From Octopus sinensis (taxonomy: Eukaryota), in contig NC_043010.1 of assembly GCF_006345805.1 (NCBI RefSeq), positions 45,136,001 to 45,200,000 of the forward strand: a stretch of DNA of 64,000 bases, written 5' to 3'. A model generated the notes under the pieces. That model was not told the DNA's origin, made no database searches, and worked only from the letters and a program-made list of their open reading frames with translations. Positions 38,351 through 51,714 of this stretch are shown piece by piece. Made by a program: the position numbers and the translations under genes. Positions within the stretch are counted from its first letter, which is position 1. Each line of letters opens with the position of its first letter.

Positions 38351-39140
38351 GCAGCAACTGAATCCTATCACTGTCTTGGGCAACAAGGGGATGACTTTAT
38401 ATCTAGCATGGGCCGCCTATGTGCAGGTTACTGACTACATGCTTCCAACCCATCAGGTCTGCATGCTTCACCACCTTCCCATTGCCACAGGACATCCAAA
38501 TAAAAATAGAATAAATATATACTAAAAATAATGATACATATATACTGAAAATAAAATAAATATATATAAGTTAAAAAAAAAGCACATATCGAGTGGAGGT
38601 CAGCAATACCTATGTTTTAGGTCCAATAAGGCTTGCCCAACAGCTCATAGACCCTCTCCACTCTATTGACATTATCCAGAGACAAGCCAGAGCAAGATTT
38701 CTGGTACCAATATGAGTCGTAGGCTCAGGGATGTGGGAGCGCCATGATCTCTAGCACAAACCAAAGATCCACAAAATGTCCAATGCCATTCCCTGCATAT
38801 CTGGTTTTATATCAAAGTGACCTTCTCCTAGAGACATGCTTCAACAGAAGCTGAGGGGTGCCTCACTCCCAGTAGTCTTCTAGCATGCTGGATACCATCC
38901 TGGAATTTTTGTGTACTCATGCTATTGCTAGATAGCTGTTGAGCCTGCACTAGGTTCATCTGACTTTTCCACAGGTTTTTAATCCTCCTGAATTTCTAGC
39001 AACCCTCCTCACCAGGGTAGTCTGTTGAGGTGCTGGTTTAGTCGCCAACAACGCGACCATGCAACATCTACTGGACTCCATGTTACCAGTAGCATTTGTG
39101 AGAGCCTCATAAGTGACCTGACATATATATATATATGTAC

Positions 39141-39217
<77 letters not shown>

Positions 39218-40310
39218 ACATATATATATATGTATGTACATATATATAAGTATATATGTGTGTGTGTGTGCACACACACACACATCTATGCATATATATA
39301 TATATGGTAGACAGATGTTAAATGATGATAATGATATACATATAGATATATGTGTGTTTATATATGATGGTCTCTCCTGTCAAAGGTGATGTGAGTGTTC
39401 AGCTTTTACCAAGCGACCTGCACATTAGCTCACTCTTTCCATCAAATTGACATTGCCTGAACAGGTATATGGTGTGCCATGCATTCGGTGTTCAAATGAT
39501 TGCAGAGCAATGTGAGATGAAGCGTTTAGCTCAAGAACACCATGCACCCTTGGTCAAGGAATTGAAACCATGATCTCATCTATCATGCTAGGTATGTTAA
39601 GGTTGGGAAGGAAAACTTTGAAGACAGTTTAGATAAAATAGACTAAGATGGTTTATAGTATCTAGTTGCTTTACAGTTTCTTTATCATACTTCTCATCAA
39701 ATCTTGTAATAATGAATACATTTACCAGATTTGCCTCTGCACATCATGCAGTAGATACCAGTAACATCCTTTATTAGGATATTATCTATTACACCTCTAC
39801 TTTGCAAAGATCTTTTCAGTGAAGAGAACTCTACCTTACTTTAGTGTTCAGTTAGAACCTAACTGCTTACTTCACTATTGACTCTGAAAACTATTCTTTT
39901 TACCAATGTTATTCAGGTGCCACATTTGATCCAAATCATTTTTACTTCTAGTAACTTTTACAGTTCAGTAATTATACTTCTATACTCTGATGGTACAATA
40001 CCATAAAGTCACAAAACCCATGTGCACACCGATTGCTTGTAGCATCAGATTGAAACTTTTCCCTAATACTGGTTATTTCAACTGTGAAGTGAATACTAAT
40101 ACTTACTTCCAGGTGGGCATTTAAGGTAAACAAAATGCATTAACTTAAAATATAATGATGCTACTGTGATAGGAATTCTAGTAAAATGTATTAATATTTA
40201 GACTGTGCTTTTTAAAGCTGTTTTTATTCTATTAGAGTGTCATTTCTGTTTTAATGCTTTTCTTATGTCTCTGTGAATTCCACTGTAACAAAATTATGAA
40301 CTTTTTGCAG

Positions 40311-40422
40311 AAATGGCGAGAATTTTGTGAAGAATACAAAGTGGATGTAGAACAATATAATTTTGGTACACTTCTTCGCTTAGATTCTTCCAAAGACTAT
40401 AACCCAAACAACACAACAATTG
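40311..40422 (+). CDS. PBDC1: PBDC1 exon (KWREFCEEYKVDVEQYNFGTLLRLDSSKDYNPNNTTI)
   Basis: tttttgcag| ... |gtaagt, 112 nt. Contains the KWRxFC...NxGTLLRLD hallmark. Confidence 0.97.
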
Positions 40423-41289
40423 GTAAGTTTATGATGTAAACTTTCTTAATGAAACTAACTTTTTTTTTTCAATCTCAATCTATTGCAAACAGTTTCAGTA
40501 TGACACCTTGCACTACTTGGTCCAAGGAATGAGATCATAGCATTTCCAGTGTTCTATTTATCTTTAAATAAAATATTTCACTTTGATCTACTTTGTTGAA
40601 GTAAGCTACATAACTCTTTAATTCCATTGATTTATTTCCCCTTGCAACCCAGTACTCTTGTATTACAAAATATGTTGTTTACCTTCTGTACTTATGATGA
40701 TGATGATGATGATCTATATAAAATTGATCCTAGATTTAATAATCAACTAAGTGGTTAAAATGAGCCAACAGTGGCAGGATAGCAACTGGGAACTTCAGTT
40801 TTATGTGCATAACATTGGTATGGTGTTTTTGCAAAATGTCACTCTGATGAAGATGCCTCGCTTATTGGTTAAGGGATTTGGCTCATGAGTTTGATTCCTG
40901 GTGATGCATTATGTTCTTTATATCACATTACTCCAATCCATTCACCTGGCAAAGGTGAGTAATATTTGTATTTCAAAGAGCCAGCCTTGTCATATTCTGT
41001 GTCACACCGAATCTAACTGGGGACTACATTAAGGGTACACATGTCAGTGGAGTGCTCATCCACTTGCATGTTAATTTCATGAGTATGCTTTTCCAGTGAT
41101 CTGATCAGCGGGAACACTCGTAACCGACAGAGTATCAGTTTACATTAATGACATTTGCATCACCCAGAACTTGTTTCCTAAAGTATTTGCAATGAAATTA
41201 GTCAACTTGTAATAACTAGAGAAGAACAATTCAATTTCTCGTTGCATTTTCATTATTACAAAGGCATTTTCAAGCTGCTAATTCAAGAG

Positions 41290-41640
41290 CAAAGAATTGA
41301 TCGAAACATAGAGACCGTTCTTACCATTTCCAAATAAAGTTAACTTAGCAGTTACAGGAAACTACAGAGGCGTCGTATTGACAACAGTGGCAACAAAATT
41401 TTACGACTAAATACTCCTGAATCAAATAAATCCCATATTGAGCTGCTTCTACATGAACAACAAAATGTATTTCAGGGAAGTAGAATGGCAACAGCACAGA
41501 TACCAGCACTAAAGCTTCTCATCAAAGGTATCAAATCAAAACAGCTTTCAGCAGTACTGACATTCACAGATTTCTGAAAGGCTTTTAACTTGATCCATAG
41601 AGGTAAGCTAATGGATGTCCTGTTTGCTTACAGAACCTCC
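41290..41640 (+). mobile_element. RTE-type RT fragment
   Basis: NYRGVVLTTV...FTDF*KAFNLIHRGKLM. Confidence 0.7.
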
Positions 41641-41972
41641 TGTAAAATGGGCTTGGCTATTGAAGTGCTCTACAAAGGCCTCTGTGGAGATACTGTTTCC
41701 TGGTGCCAACATTGATTCCTTTTGAAATTCTGGCAGGAATGCTTCAAGGCAACACCCTTTGTTGTTAATTATTGGTTTCTTTTGAATTGTTGTCATGATG
41801 TATATGTCTTCATGCCTTTCCTGAGGCATTACCAGCATTAGTGAAGTAACTTTTTCAGGAGTTCTTATTTGCTCTGAGGTTCTCAAGTTGTACTATTGCC
41901 TTAATTATTCCAAACAGCTTTTTCTCTCTACCTTTTTCTCATTGATAAAATGTCTATTTCATTTCTTTTCAG

Positions 41973-42079
41973 TGCCTCGGATTCAATTTCTTGCTATAGA
42001 GATTGCTCGCAATCGAGAAGGCTATAACGATGGACTGCGTGCTAAGCGTGTAGAACAGCATAAAGCTATGCAATCGTAG
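41973..42079 (+). CDS. PBDC1: PBDC1 last coding exon (VPRIQFLAIEIARNREGYNDGLRAKRVEQHKAMQS*)
   Basis: ttcttttcag| acceptor in phase 1, the PRIQFxAIEIARNREGYN hallmark, and TAG at 42077-42079. Confidence 0.97.
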
Positions 42080-42959
42080 CATTGTGCTTTAGCTTTCATT
42101 ATCATGAAAACTTGCATATTGAGTAATTTACATCATACATGAAAATATACAAGACTTTTCCCCTAACAACAAATGCATGCATTCATCATTTCAAGTTCAA
42201 CCTGACTGCTGTATGTTTAAATAGTTACTTCAATCTCTTTCTAAATTAAACCTGAAATATTTCACCACATATTTTGTTTGTGTCAGTATTGTTTTTCTTT
42301 ACTTCCTTTGTAAATTTAAGCCTTTAGTATTCAGATTACTCTGTCAGATGTAATGCTTATTCATTCACATTATTTTGAATTAATCATGAATTATCTCATA
42401 GCTTTGAGATTATGATGATGTGATTGTTTAGTTTTAGAATGACATTGTAAGGTAGGTATGAGATGTTTGAGCATGAAACAAGTAGAATATATTGGCTGGA
42501 TATGGCCAGTTTAACCCTTTTGTTACTATATTTTTGACCAAAATATACCCCTCATGAGTTTCAATTAAATTCTAAAATAATCATGAATTTAGACTAGTTT
42601 CATTAAACAACTGTAACTTTTTTACTTATCAACATATTAATGTGATATTTGGAACATAATTAAAGAAAGGTTTCTTAATCAATTCTATTGCATAACTTTT
42701 GTCTCAAAGTGACTCTAATTACAAGTAAATCCAGGTAAACTGAGCAAAAGGTAAAAATATTAAAATTTTGTTTAAACATCACCAGAGAAAATGAATCATC
42801 AGCTAATATCCAATTGGGTATGCAACAAAATTTTGATATAGAAGAATTGTGCACATCACTAGATTATCAGTTGAATTTAATGCACTACAGAACAGGTGTA
42901 CCATAAGGATGAGTAAACGCAATCACCTAAAAATGGATTGTGCAATCCTACTCTTTTAC

Positions 42960-43355
42960 ACTTTACTCTTTTACTTGTTTCAGTCATGTGACTGTGGCCA
43001 TGCTGGAGCACCGCCTTTAGTCGAGCAAATCGACCCCAGGGCTTATTCTTTGTAAGCCCAGTACTTATTCTATCGGTCTCTTTTGCTGAACCGCTAAGTT
43101 ACATGAATGTAAACACACCAGCATCGGTTGTCAAGTGATGTTGGGGGGACAAACACCGACACACAAATATACACACACACATATATATATATAAATATAT
43201 ATATATATACATATATATGATGGGTTTCTTTCAGTTTCTGTCTACCAAATCCACTCACAAGGCTATAGTAGAAGACACTTGCCTAAGGTGCCACGCAGTG
43301 GGACTGAACCCGGAACCATGTGGTTCGTAAGCAAGCTACTTACCACACAGCCACT
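42960..43355 (-). mobile_element. tRNA-derived SINE (family 1)
   Basis: Tail, core and head motifs in reverse complement. Confidence 0.9.
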
Positions 43356-44581
43356 CCTACACCTATGGATTCTAAATTGTAATTTACTGGAAGTTTGAGG
43401 ATGGTTTTTCAGGAGTGATAACATGTGAAGAGGTTGATGTTTAAAAAACAAATAGTTTGAGATAGATGTAAGGCTAAGAATAAACTCACTGCAAAATGTA
43501 AATCATTAATAGTTGATGGAAGGAGGCATATGAGCGTTGCATCTTGAGGAGGTAGTGACAACATGGCTCATCCATTAAAGATGCTGTAGCAACATCTGTG
43601 GTGTAGAAATTGAGTGTCAAATATGGGTATCAAAAAAATTTCAAAGCTAGTGATGGCTGGTTATGACAATTTAGAAATTGCCATAGAATGGGAAATAAAA
43701 TTACCCATGGTGAAGCAGGCACTGCACCAACTGAAAAAAAAAAAAAAACAGAAATCAGAGGACAACACTGAAAACAAGCAATAATGGATAAGGTCCTCAT
43801 TGGTGAAGCAGAAACAGTAGGAATGACAAAAATGAATGAGGCAATACCCATTTAAATACTGTTGGATTTTTCTCATAAGGTATTAGAATCTTACATATAT
43901 ACCATTCTACCTAAAAAATGGATCTAAAAATTCCATATCCCTACATATCTCACATCTATTTTCTTTCCTCCACCTCACTATTTTGTATCCTATCTAAATT
44001 ATTACTTAACCATCCACTCACACCGTCTCTCATGAAGGGATATAATTAATAAATATCCTGGAAACAGCTGTAAGACCTATCTATAAATGTTTTAATATCT
44101 ACACAGCCTTGGTTTTTTATCTCATTATGCAAAAAATTCTTATATATATATATATTACATATAATATATATATACACTACCGTCAGAAATTAATTAGCAC
44201 CCTTGATTTGCTCTTCACTCAAGGTATGTGCTGTCACCTAGTGGCTATATCTCGAACTATTGCTTTGTTGCGAGTTCACTGTTGCGCAGAACGATGACGT
44301 AACTTTGTTTGCAGAGCAGTTTGAGAGTCTACAGCCTTATGATGTTGACATAGCAGTGCAACAACTTGGAGTGCGGATGCAGACAAATCTTCCTTTGTTT
44401 AATAGATATAGGTAGCGCCTCGCAAGGACCAAAATCACACCATACTAAGTTTTCTCATCGCGTAAGACGTTTTGAACAGCTCATAGGTTAATTGATTTAA
44501 CCTATTTAATGTAGAAATTTGAGAAGTGCTAATTAATTTCTGACGCAAGTGTATATATTATATATAATATGTATATATACA

Positions 44582-45250
44582 TAGGCACAGGAGTGGCTGT
44601 GTGGTAAGTAGCTTGCTTACCAACCACATGGTTCCGGGTTCAGTCCCACTGCGTGGCATCTTGGGCAAGTGTCTTCTACTATAGCCTCGGGCCGACCAAA
44701 GCCTTGTGAGTGGATTTGGTAAGCGGAAACTGAAAGAAGCCCGTCGTGTATATGTGTATATATATATATATGTGTGTCTGTGTTTGTTCCCCTAGCATTG
44801 CTTGACAACCGATGCTGGTGTGTTGATGTCGCCGTCACCTAGCGGTTCGGCAAAAGAGACCGATAGAATAAGTACTGGGCTTACAAAAGAATAAGTCCCG
44901 GGGTCAATTTGCTCGACTAAAGGTGTTGCTCCAGCATGGCCACAGTCAAATGACTGAAACAAGTAAAAGAATAAAAAGAGTATATATTTTTTATTCTATT
45001 ATACTTTGACTAGTTTAAGTCATTTGACTGCAGCCATGCTGGAGCACCGTCTTTGGTCAAGCAAATCGACCCCTTATTCTTTGTAAGCCTAGTACTTATT
45101 TTATCAGTCCCTTTTGCCGAACCGCTAACCTATGGGGACGTAAACACACCAGCATCGGTTGTTAAGTGATGGTAGGGGGACAAACACAAACACACACACA
45201 TATACAATAGGCTTCTTTCAGTTTCCATCTGCCAAATCCACTCACAAGGC
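44582..45250. mobile_element. tail-to-tail pair of family 1 SINEs: 44582-44980 (+) and 45010-45250 (-)
   Basis: A full-length + copy with A/B boxes is followed within ~30 bp by an inverted partial copy. Confidence 0.9.
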
Positions 45251-45479
45251 TTTGGATATATATATGTGTGTGTGTGTGTGAGTGTGCATATAATATATAT
45301 AATATACATATGTGTGTGTGTATATAATATATATACATATATATATATAACATATATGTATATATAATACATGTTCCGTTTTGCATTCTTGTCTCATTTT
45401 GTATTTTATATATATAATATACATACATAATATATATATTATGTAATATATATATAATTATATATCTCTCATGCACCAA

Positions 45480-45600
45480 ATGGCAATTGCTAAAAAGCAT
45501 TCGTGAAGTAAAATCATGTAGCAACACCAAATGGCAGTGCCCCAGCATGACCACAGCTCGTGAGCTGAAACTAGATAAAATAAAAATAAATAAAAAATAA
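45480..45600 (+). mobile_element. isolated 3' tail of the CR1-group LINE
   Basis: tgtagcaacaccaaatggcagtgccccagcatgaccacagctcgtgagctgaaactag plus an A-rich tail resembles the 3' end of 59158-62050. Confidence 0.65.
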
Positions 45601-45767
45601 AATAAAATCTATATATAATATTATATAATTATGTATATATTTTATATATTATATATACATATAATTAGATATATATTTTATATATATATATTATATATAA
45701 TATATATATATTATATATCATATATATTATATGATATACATATTATATATTATATAATACATATATC

Positions 45768-47235
45768 TAGATAAAAACAGATCCTTCCAAAACAAGAGGC
45801 CTTTATAACTATTAAAGACCATAAAAAGAACTTACTATCTAATCCTATATATAGGCTTATTAACCCAGCTAAATCAGAAATGCTACTAGGTTAGTACACT
45901 GGTCCAGTAGTATGAAAGTCATCGACTGGTTTAAAGCCATCAGGAATTATAATAAAGCGAGATTTACGCAAATCGATATTGTTGATTTCCATGCCTCTAT
46001 CTCTAAGGAACTACTAGATAAAGCCCTCACCTTCACAAGCGAATTTATAGAAATTAGTACACAAGATAAGGACATAATTTTTCATGCTAGAAAGACGTTA
46101 CTCTTCAGTGAGAACACAGAGTGGCTCAAGACTACCGATACAGAGGGCGCTTTCGATGTGAACATGAGGTCATATGATGGAGCAGGCATATGCGATCTCA
46201 TTGGACTATTCCTGCGTGATACGTTGGGCAAGACTTTTCCTGGCGTATATTTCACCCATTTACAAAGATGATGCCCTCGCTTTTTATCCGCTAATACAAA
46301 TGGACCAGCAAAGGATCGATTTAGGATGGACATTATCCATTTAATAAAAAAAACCTCGGACTTAGTATAACTATAGATACCAACCTGACGGTTGTCAATT
46401 TCCTAGACGTATCCTTAGATCTAAATAAGAACATTTATAAGCCTTATAGGAAGCCCAATGATAGATTTAGTTATATTAATGTAGGTTCATGCCATCCCCC
46501 CTATAGTATTTAAAAATTTAGTTAAAAACATTAGCAAGAGAATTTCTAGTCTCTCCTCCGATAAGGACATTTTTAATAGCGTTGCCCCAGTATATAATAA
46601 TGTCCTAAAAGATAGTGGATTTAGCGAGGAAATAACCTATACACCTGTCACCAGTCCAATAATAAAGAAAAGGAAACATAGGAATAGGAAAACTATCTGG
46701 TTCACACCCCCAAAGTGACCTTTAGTATAGGTAAATATTTCTTATCACTTATAGATAGGCATTTTCCAACCAGTCATAATTACAGAAAGCTTTTCCATAG
46801 ACTTAACTTAAAAATCGGTTTTTGCTCAACTACTAATTTTAAAAATATCGCACACAACACACAAAAACAACAAAATGAAACCAGCTGTTCATGCAGGGAT
46901 AAAAATTTGTGCCTGCTAAATAGGGATAAAAATGTGTGCCTGCTAAATGGAACTTGCATGTCCAAGACCATCATTTATGAAGCCACCGTAGACTCTACAA
47001 CCACTAGGAACATAGTTTCATATAAGAAATATGTGGGTCTCACAGAGGGGGAATTTTAAAGCCAGGTTCAACAATCACACATTGAGCTTCAGGCACTGGA
47101 AAAAAGAAAAACAACCAAATTATCCAGTTACATATGGTCCTTAAAAGAAAAAGGTGTCAATTACAACATCCATTGGAAGAACTTAGCCAGGTGCAAGCCT
47201 TACACCAACGGCAGTAGAAAGTGCGGTCTTCGTTA
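45768..47235 (+). mobile_element. Naiad-like Penelope-like element (RT and GIY-YIG), frameshifted
   Basis: FITIKDHK..RLINPAKSE, DIVDFHASIS, FDVNMRSYDG..CDLIG, YKDDAL, YRKPND, WFTPP and CLLNGTC..IIYEATV...YVGLTE. Confidence 0.88.
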
Positions 47236-47726
47236 CATGTCTAAATTCAAGAACTGAACTTTTTGGGTCATGTCCACATATGGCTAAGTATTTGTTGCAT
47301 TTTTGGTCCCTCTAAGAACACAGATAGAACCTGCTTTTTATATTGTGTCCACCTACAAGCAATTTATCTCTCTCTATTTTTTTCTATATTTTTTACATAT
47401 TTCTATATATATATATATGTGCGTGTGTTTATATATTTTTATTGCTTCTAATATTTTTTACATATTTTTTCAGTATATTATCTTTCACCTTGCTTTTTGT
47501 GCATGTGCGTATATAGACGTATATACATATGTATATGAACATATTCGTGCGCATATGGGTATATATACGTGTGAGTGTGTGCGGGTGCGTATATGTGTAC
47601 GTGTGTATGGTTGCATATAAATGTATACATATAGGTGTGTGTGAGGGTGTGCACTCACAAGGCCTTTTGTCCAGCGTGCTAACGATTCTGCCAGCACACC
47701 GCATTTATAACAACAACAACAGATTC

Positions 47727-48091
47727 AGCCATAGAGATTCAGACGTATACATATTTATATTGAAAACGAAACAAATATATTATTAGAAGCTTCTAGCTAA
47801 ATAACAAAACTATATTTAAATTGATTCAATACTTGAACATACATGATTTATTCAAAAAAAATAATTAATAATAATTTTTTTCCTTCTATATTTGTTTCTT
47901 ATTCATTTTTGAATATCCCCCCTGAGCCGGGCGATTTTTGAGTGGGAGATTTTTTTGAATAAATCTTATATGTTCAAATATTCAATCAATTTAAATATAG
48001 TTTTGTTATTTAGCTAGAAGCTTCTAATAATATTTACCTTTTTTTTTTTCGTTTTCAATATAAATATGTATACGTCTGACTCTCTATGGCT
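47727..48091. repeat. long inverted repeat (arms ~47727-47861 and 47950-48091, spacer ~88 bp)
   Basis: agccatagagattcagacgtatacatatttatattgaaaacg...tagaagcttctagctaaataacaaaactatatttaaattgatt recurs as its reverse complement. Confidence 0.92.
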
Positions 48092-48693
48092 TTTTTTTTG
48101 AACGTGTTGTTTATATCTGCTACACACACGTGTTTTTGTTTCCATTATGTTTCGTCTCGATCTTTCACTATTTTTTAAATATATCCTTTAAAATTTTTAG
48201 GTTATAGTTTCTTGCACAAATAGACTTGCATACACATTGATATATCTTTCTTTTTCGTCTCTCTTATTATTTTTCCCTTTTACAACTTGTTTGTAGATAC
48301 CAACTTTAATTTTTCCCTATTACCACATCTGTTTTTCTTTATAAAATTTTATTAATAACTTTTGTGATGTTCTTCCTAAGAAATTCTTCTAGCGATGAGA
48401 ATGGCAATGCATAACTCTCATTATAATTATTATTATTATTATCATTTCTTAAATATTTGTATTGTCTTTTGAAACGTGCGTATGTATTGAATTAAATTTT
48501 GTTTTAAAATTCAATTTTGATTTTAACATATTTTCTCCATTTTTATACTTGTTTAAGGTAACTTAATACCTATAACGATTTTTTTAAACACACACACACA
48601 CACATATATATATATATGTATGTATATAATATATGTATATACATATATATTATATATGTATGTATATATATATGTATATATTATATATGTATG

Positions 48694-48750
<57 letters not shown>

Positions 48751-48801
48751 ATATATATTATATATATGTATATGCATATTATTTATATATATATATATAT
48801 T

Positions 48802-50508
48802 TCCTAACAAACTTTAAATGCAAACCTAGCCTTTTCTATGGTCTGCCAAAAATTCATAAAAGTCAAATTATAAATGAAACCATTAAAAAATCACCAAAGA
48901 CATACATACACACACCTAACCCGGGGGACCTAAAACTACGACCCATTGTAGCTGGCCCAACCTGTGAAACACACAGACTAAGTCTACTTATTGACATCCT
49001 CCTGAAACCCTTCCTTAAACATATCGATAGCCATATCAGAGATGACTTAGATATGTTAAACCACCTTCCACAAAAAGCCAAGGAAGAAACAATCCTGGTT
49101 TCATTTGATGTAGTCAAGTTGTATACCAGTATACCTCATAATTATGGACTGGAGGCAATACAGTTCTGGTTAGACCAATTTCCGGAAGAAATACCAAAAA
49201 GGATCAGTAAAGAATTCATTACTAAATCAATTGAATTCATCCTACACAATAACCACTTCATGTTTGACAATACATTTTACCGTCAAAAATCCGGAATTGC
49301 TATGGGTACAAGGGCAGCACCAGTCATTGCGAACTTAACAATGGGATACATGGAAATAATCATTTACCAGGAATCTTTATCAATCTTTGGAAATCCCCTC
49401 TCTCAATACATAAAAGAGAACTGGAAACGATTCTTAGACGATTGTTTTATTCTCTGGAATGAAAACACAGATAAACTCCTAAAATTTAAAAACCTATTGA
49501 ACAGCATAAACCCAAATATACAGTTCACAATGGAATACAACCAAAAGGAGCTCCCGTTCTTGGATATACTAATTAAAAAAATTAACCTTAAAATAGAAAC
49601 AGACATTTTCTACAAAGCCACAGACGCCAAACAATACCTTCTCTTTAATTCATGCCACCCAAGACACACTAAAACAAACATCCCCTTCAACCTTGCAAGA
49701 AGGATATGCACAATAGTGTCAGAACAAAATACCAGGAACTTTAGACTGCAAAAACTCAAAAACACCCTAATTGACAGACATTACCCAGCTCAACTCATAG
49801 AGGATGGGATCAGACGTGCAACAGAAATCAACATAGAAACTTTAAGAAAAGTTCAACACAACAACACACCTTCCCCGAAAATACTACCTTACATATCTAC
49901 ATACAACCCCAGAAACAAAGAAGCCTTCACCATCATCACCCAGAATTTACCAATACTTCATAAAAACCCAAATTAAAGGAAATTCTAAACATACACCAAA
50001 TCATTAAAAGCTACAAACAGCCTAAATCACTTAAAAAGATTCTCACAAAGGCAAAATTGTCTTCTGAAATTACGGATGCAAAAGTAAAAAAATGTGGTAG
50101 ATCGAACTGTGCAACATGTCCTAACCTGCTAGAAGGATCAGAATTCCTCTTTAAAGAGGGACAGAAATTCAAGATCAAATCTAACTTTACTTGTGCCTCT
50201 GAAAAATAATTTATGTCATAAAATGCTCGGGCTGCCACCAAGACTACGTGGGTTCCACGGGACTATCACTCAGACGTAGATGCACACTGCATCGACAACA
50301 GATTGCATTCCCAGAATATAGAATGATACCTTTTAGTGAGCACATTGAGAAATGCGCAAAGCAACTACTACCACAATTTTTAATCTTTCCATTTTACCAA
50401 TGTGCTTTCGGATCATCAACACAAATTAGACTAAACAAGGAAACATTCTTCATTGAAAAGTACAGTCTCAACCATCCGAACATACTGATACAGAGAAATT
50501 CACATTAA
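48802..50508 (+). mobile_element. Neptune-like Penelope-like element, 5'-truncated, RT + Cys linker + GIY-YIG, two 1-bp frameshifts
   Basis: FYGLPKIHK, LRPIV, SFDVVKLYTSIP, GIAMGTRAAP, WKRFLDD, LPFLD, CHPRHTK, CGRSNCATC and IYVIKCSGC..YVGSTG. Confidence 0.96.
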
Positions 50509-50639
50509 GGGAAAGGAAAAAAAATTTTAAGCGATTATCTCCCTTACACCGGAAGAAATCACCCACTACCTTCCCTTATTTAGAACTCTCCGGAGCTTAA
50601 ACATAAGGATAACTCTATTAAACATAAACATAACGTCAC

Positions 50640-50678
50640 AAGAAATTTGAAAAGCTAAATGCGAAACCGGTCTTTCTT
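50640..50678 (+). ncRNA. decayed minimal type I hammerhead ribozyme in the PLE 3' region
   Basis: AAGAAA-T-TTGAAAA-GC taaat GC-GAAA-CCGGTC-TTTCTT. Stem I AAGAAA/TTTCTT, palindromic stem III ACCGGT, GUC triplet. The core departs from CUGANGA at two positions. Confidence 0.65.
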
Positions 50679-50809
50679 TAAAAATTATGTCATTATAAAG
50701 GAAAAAAGATTTGTTTAAAAAATTTTCTAATATTCTTCAGACATATTGACGCAAATATATATATTTTTTAACATTAAGCCTTCTGTCGTTTTTTCACTCT
50801 TTACTATTT

Positions 50810-50887
<78 letters not shown>

Positions 50888-51255
50888 TAGGAGTGGCTGT
50901 GTGGTAAGTAGCTTACTTACGAACCACATGATTCCGGGTTCAGTTCCATTGCGTGGCACCTTGGGGAAGTGTCTTCTACTATAGCCTCGGGCCGACAAAA
51001 GCCTTGTGAGTGGATTTGGTAGACGGAAACTGAAAGAAGCCCGCCGTATATATATATGTGTGTGTCTGTGTTTGTCCCATCCAACATCGCTTGACAACCG
51101 ATACTGGTGTGTAACCTAGCGGTTCGGCAAAAAAGACCGATAGAATAAGTACTAGGCTTACAAAGAATAAGTCCTGGGGTCGATTTCCTCGACTAAAAGC
51201 GATGCTCCAGCATGGCCGCAATCAAATGACTGAAACAAGTAAAACAATAAAAGAA
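50888..51255 (+). mobile_element. tRNA-derived SINE (family 1)
   Basis: ggagtggctgtgtggtaag head through gactgaaacaagtaaaac tail. Confidence 0.92.
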
Positions 51256-51640
51256 TATATATTATATATAAATATATATATTTGTATATATCTTGTTGAT
51301 CACTACTAACACTAATGGACTTTGTATATTTAAACAAGTTGAAGCACATTTTTTATGTTCTTGACTGTGATGAACATTTAAACTTGTCAACTTTGAAACT
51401 TTTCAACATGTTTTTCTAATCCATAATTCTTAATTTGTCTGTTATGAATATTGAAACTTTTAAATATGTTTCGCTAATTCTTCATTCTAAATCTTTACCA
51501 TTGATAAACAAAAAAAAATATTGTTGAAATTAGTTTGGTATATATGTAAATAAATTTATTTTAAACAATTATAAGTTTTTCAAAGTTAGGTGCATTTTCA
51601 AAAACAAATTTGCCTACATATATATATATTACAACAACAT

Positions 51641-51714
51641 TTTATAAAGAGTTACCCAACGTTTCGTACCCACAACGCCAAAGCCTTGTGGACAGCTCGT
51701 CGGACTGTATGAAA
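51641..51714 (-). ncRNA. candidate decayed type I hammerhead ribozyme (orphan pLTR-like fragment)
   Basis: - strand AGT-CCGACGA-G..CCACAA-loop-TTGTGG..C-GAAAC-GTTGG-GTA-ACT. The core has C in place of U4. Confidence 0.5.

Noticed and set aside
44582-44660. tRNA-like A/B boxes
   Set aside because: They are heads of SINEs with no full cloverleaf, so no tRNA gene is called.
46260-46725. TGA codons in the Naiad-like PLE as possible selenocysteine (some Naiads are reported selenoproteins)
   Set aside because: Both TGAs (46269 and ~46718) lie in shifted frames next to indels; the conserved motifs continue in another frame.
48140-48490. Hammerhead-like scraps (gtttcgtctcgatctttcac near 48150; gaaacgtgcgta near 48475)
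   Set aside because: No acceptable CUGANGA core or stem I at the right spacing.
48633-48800. N-terminal 55 codons of the 447-aa ORF
   Set aside because: This is (TA)n read-through; real PLE sequence starts near 48802.
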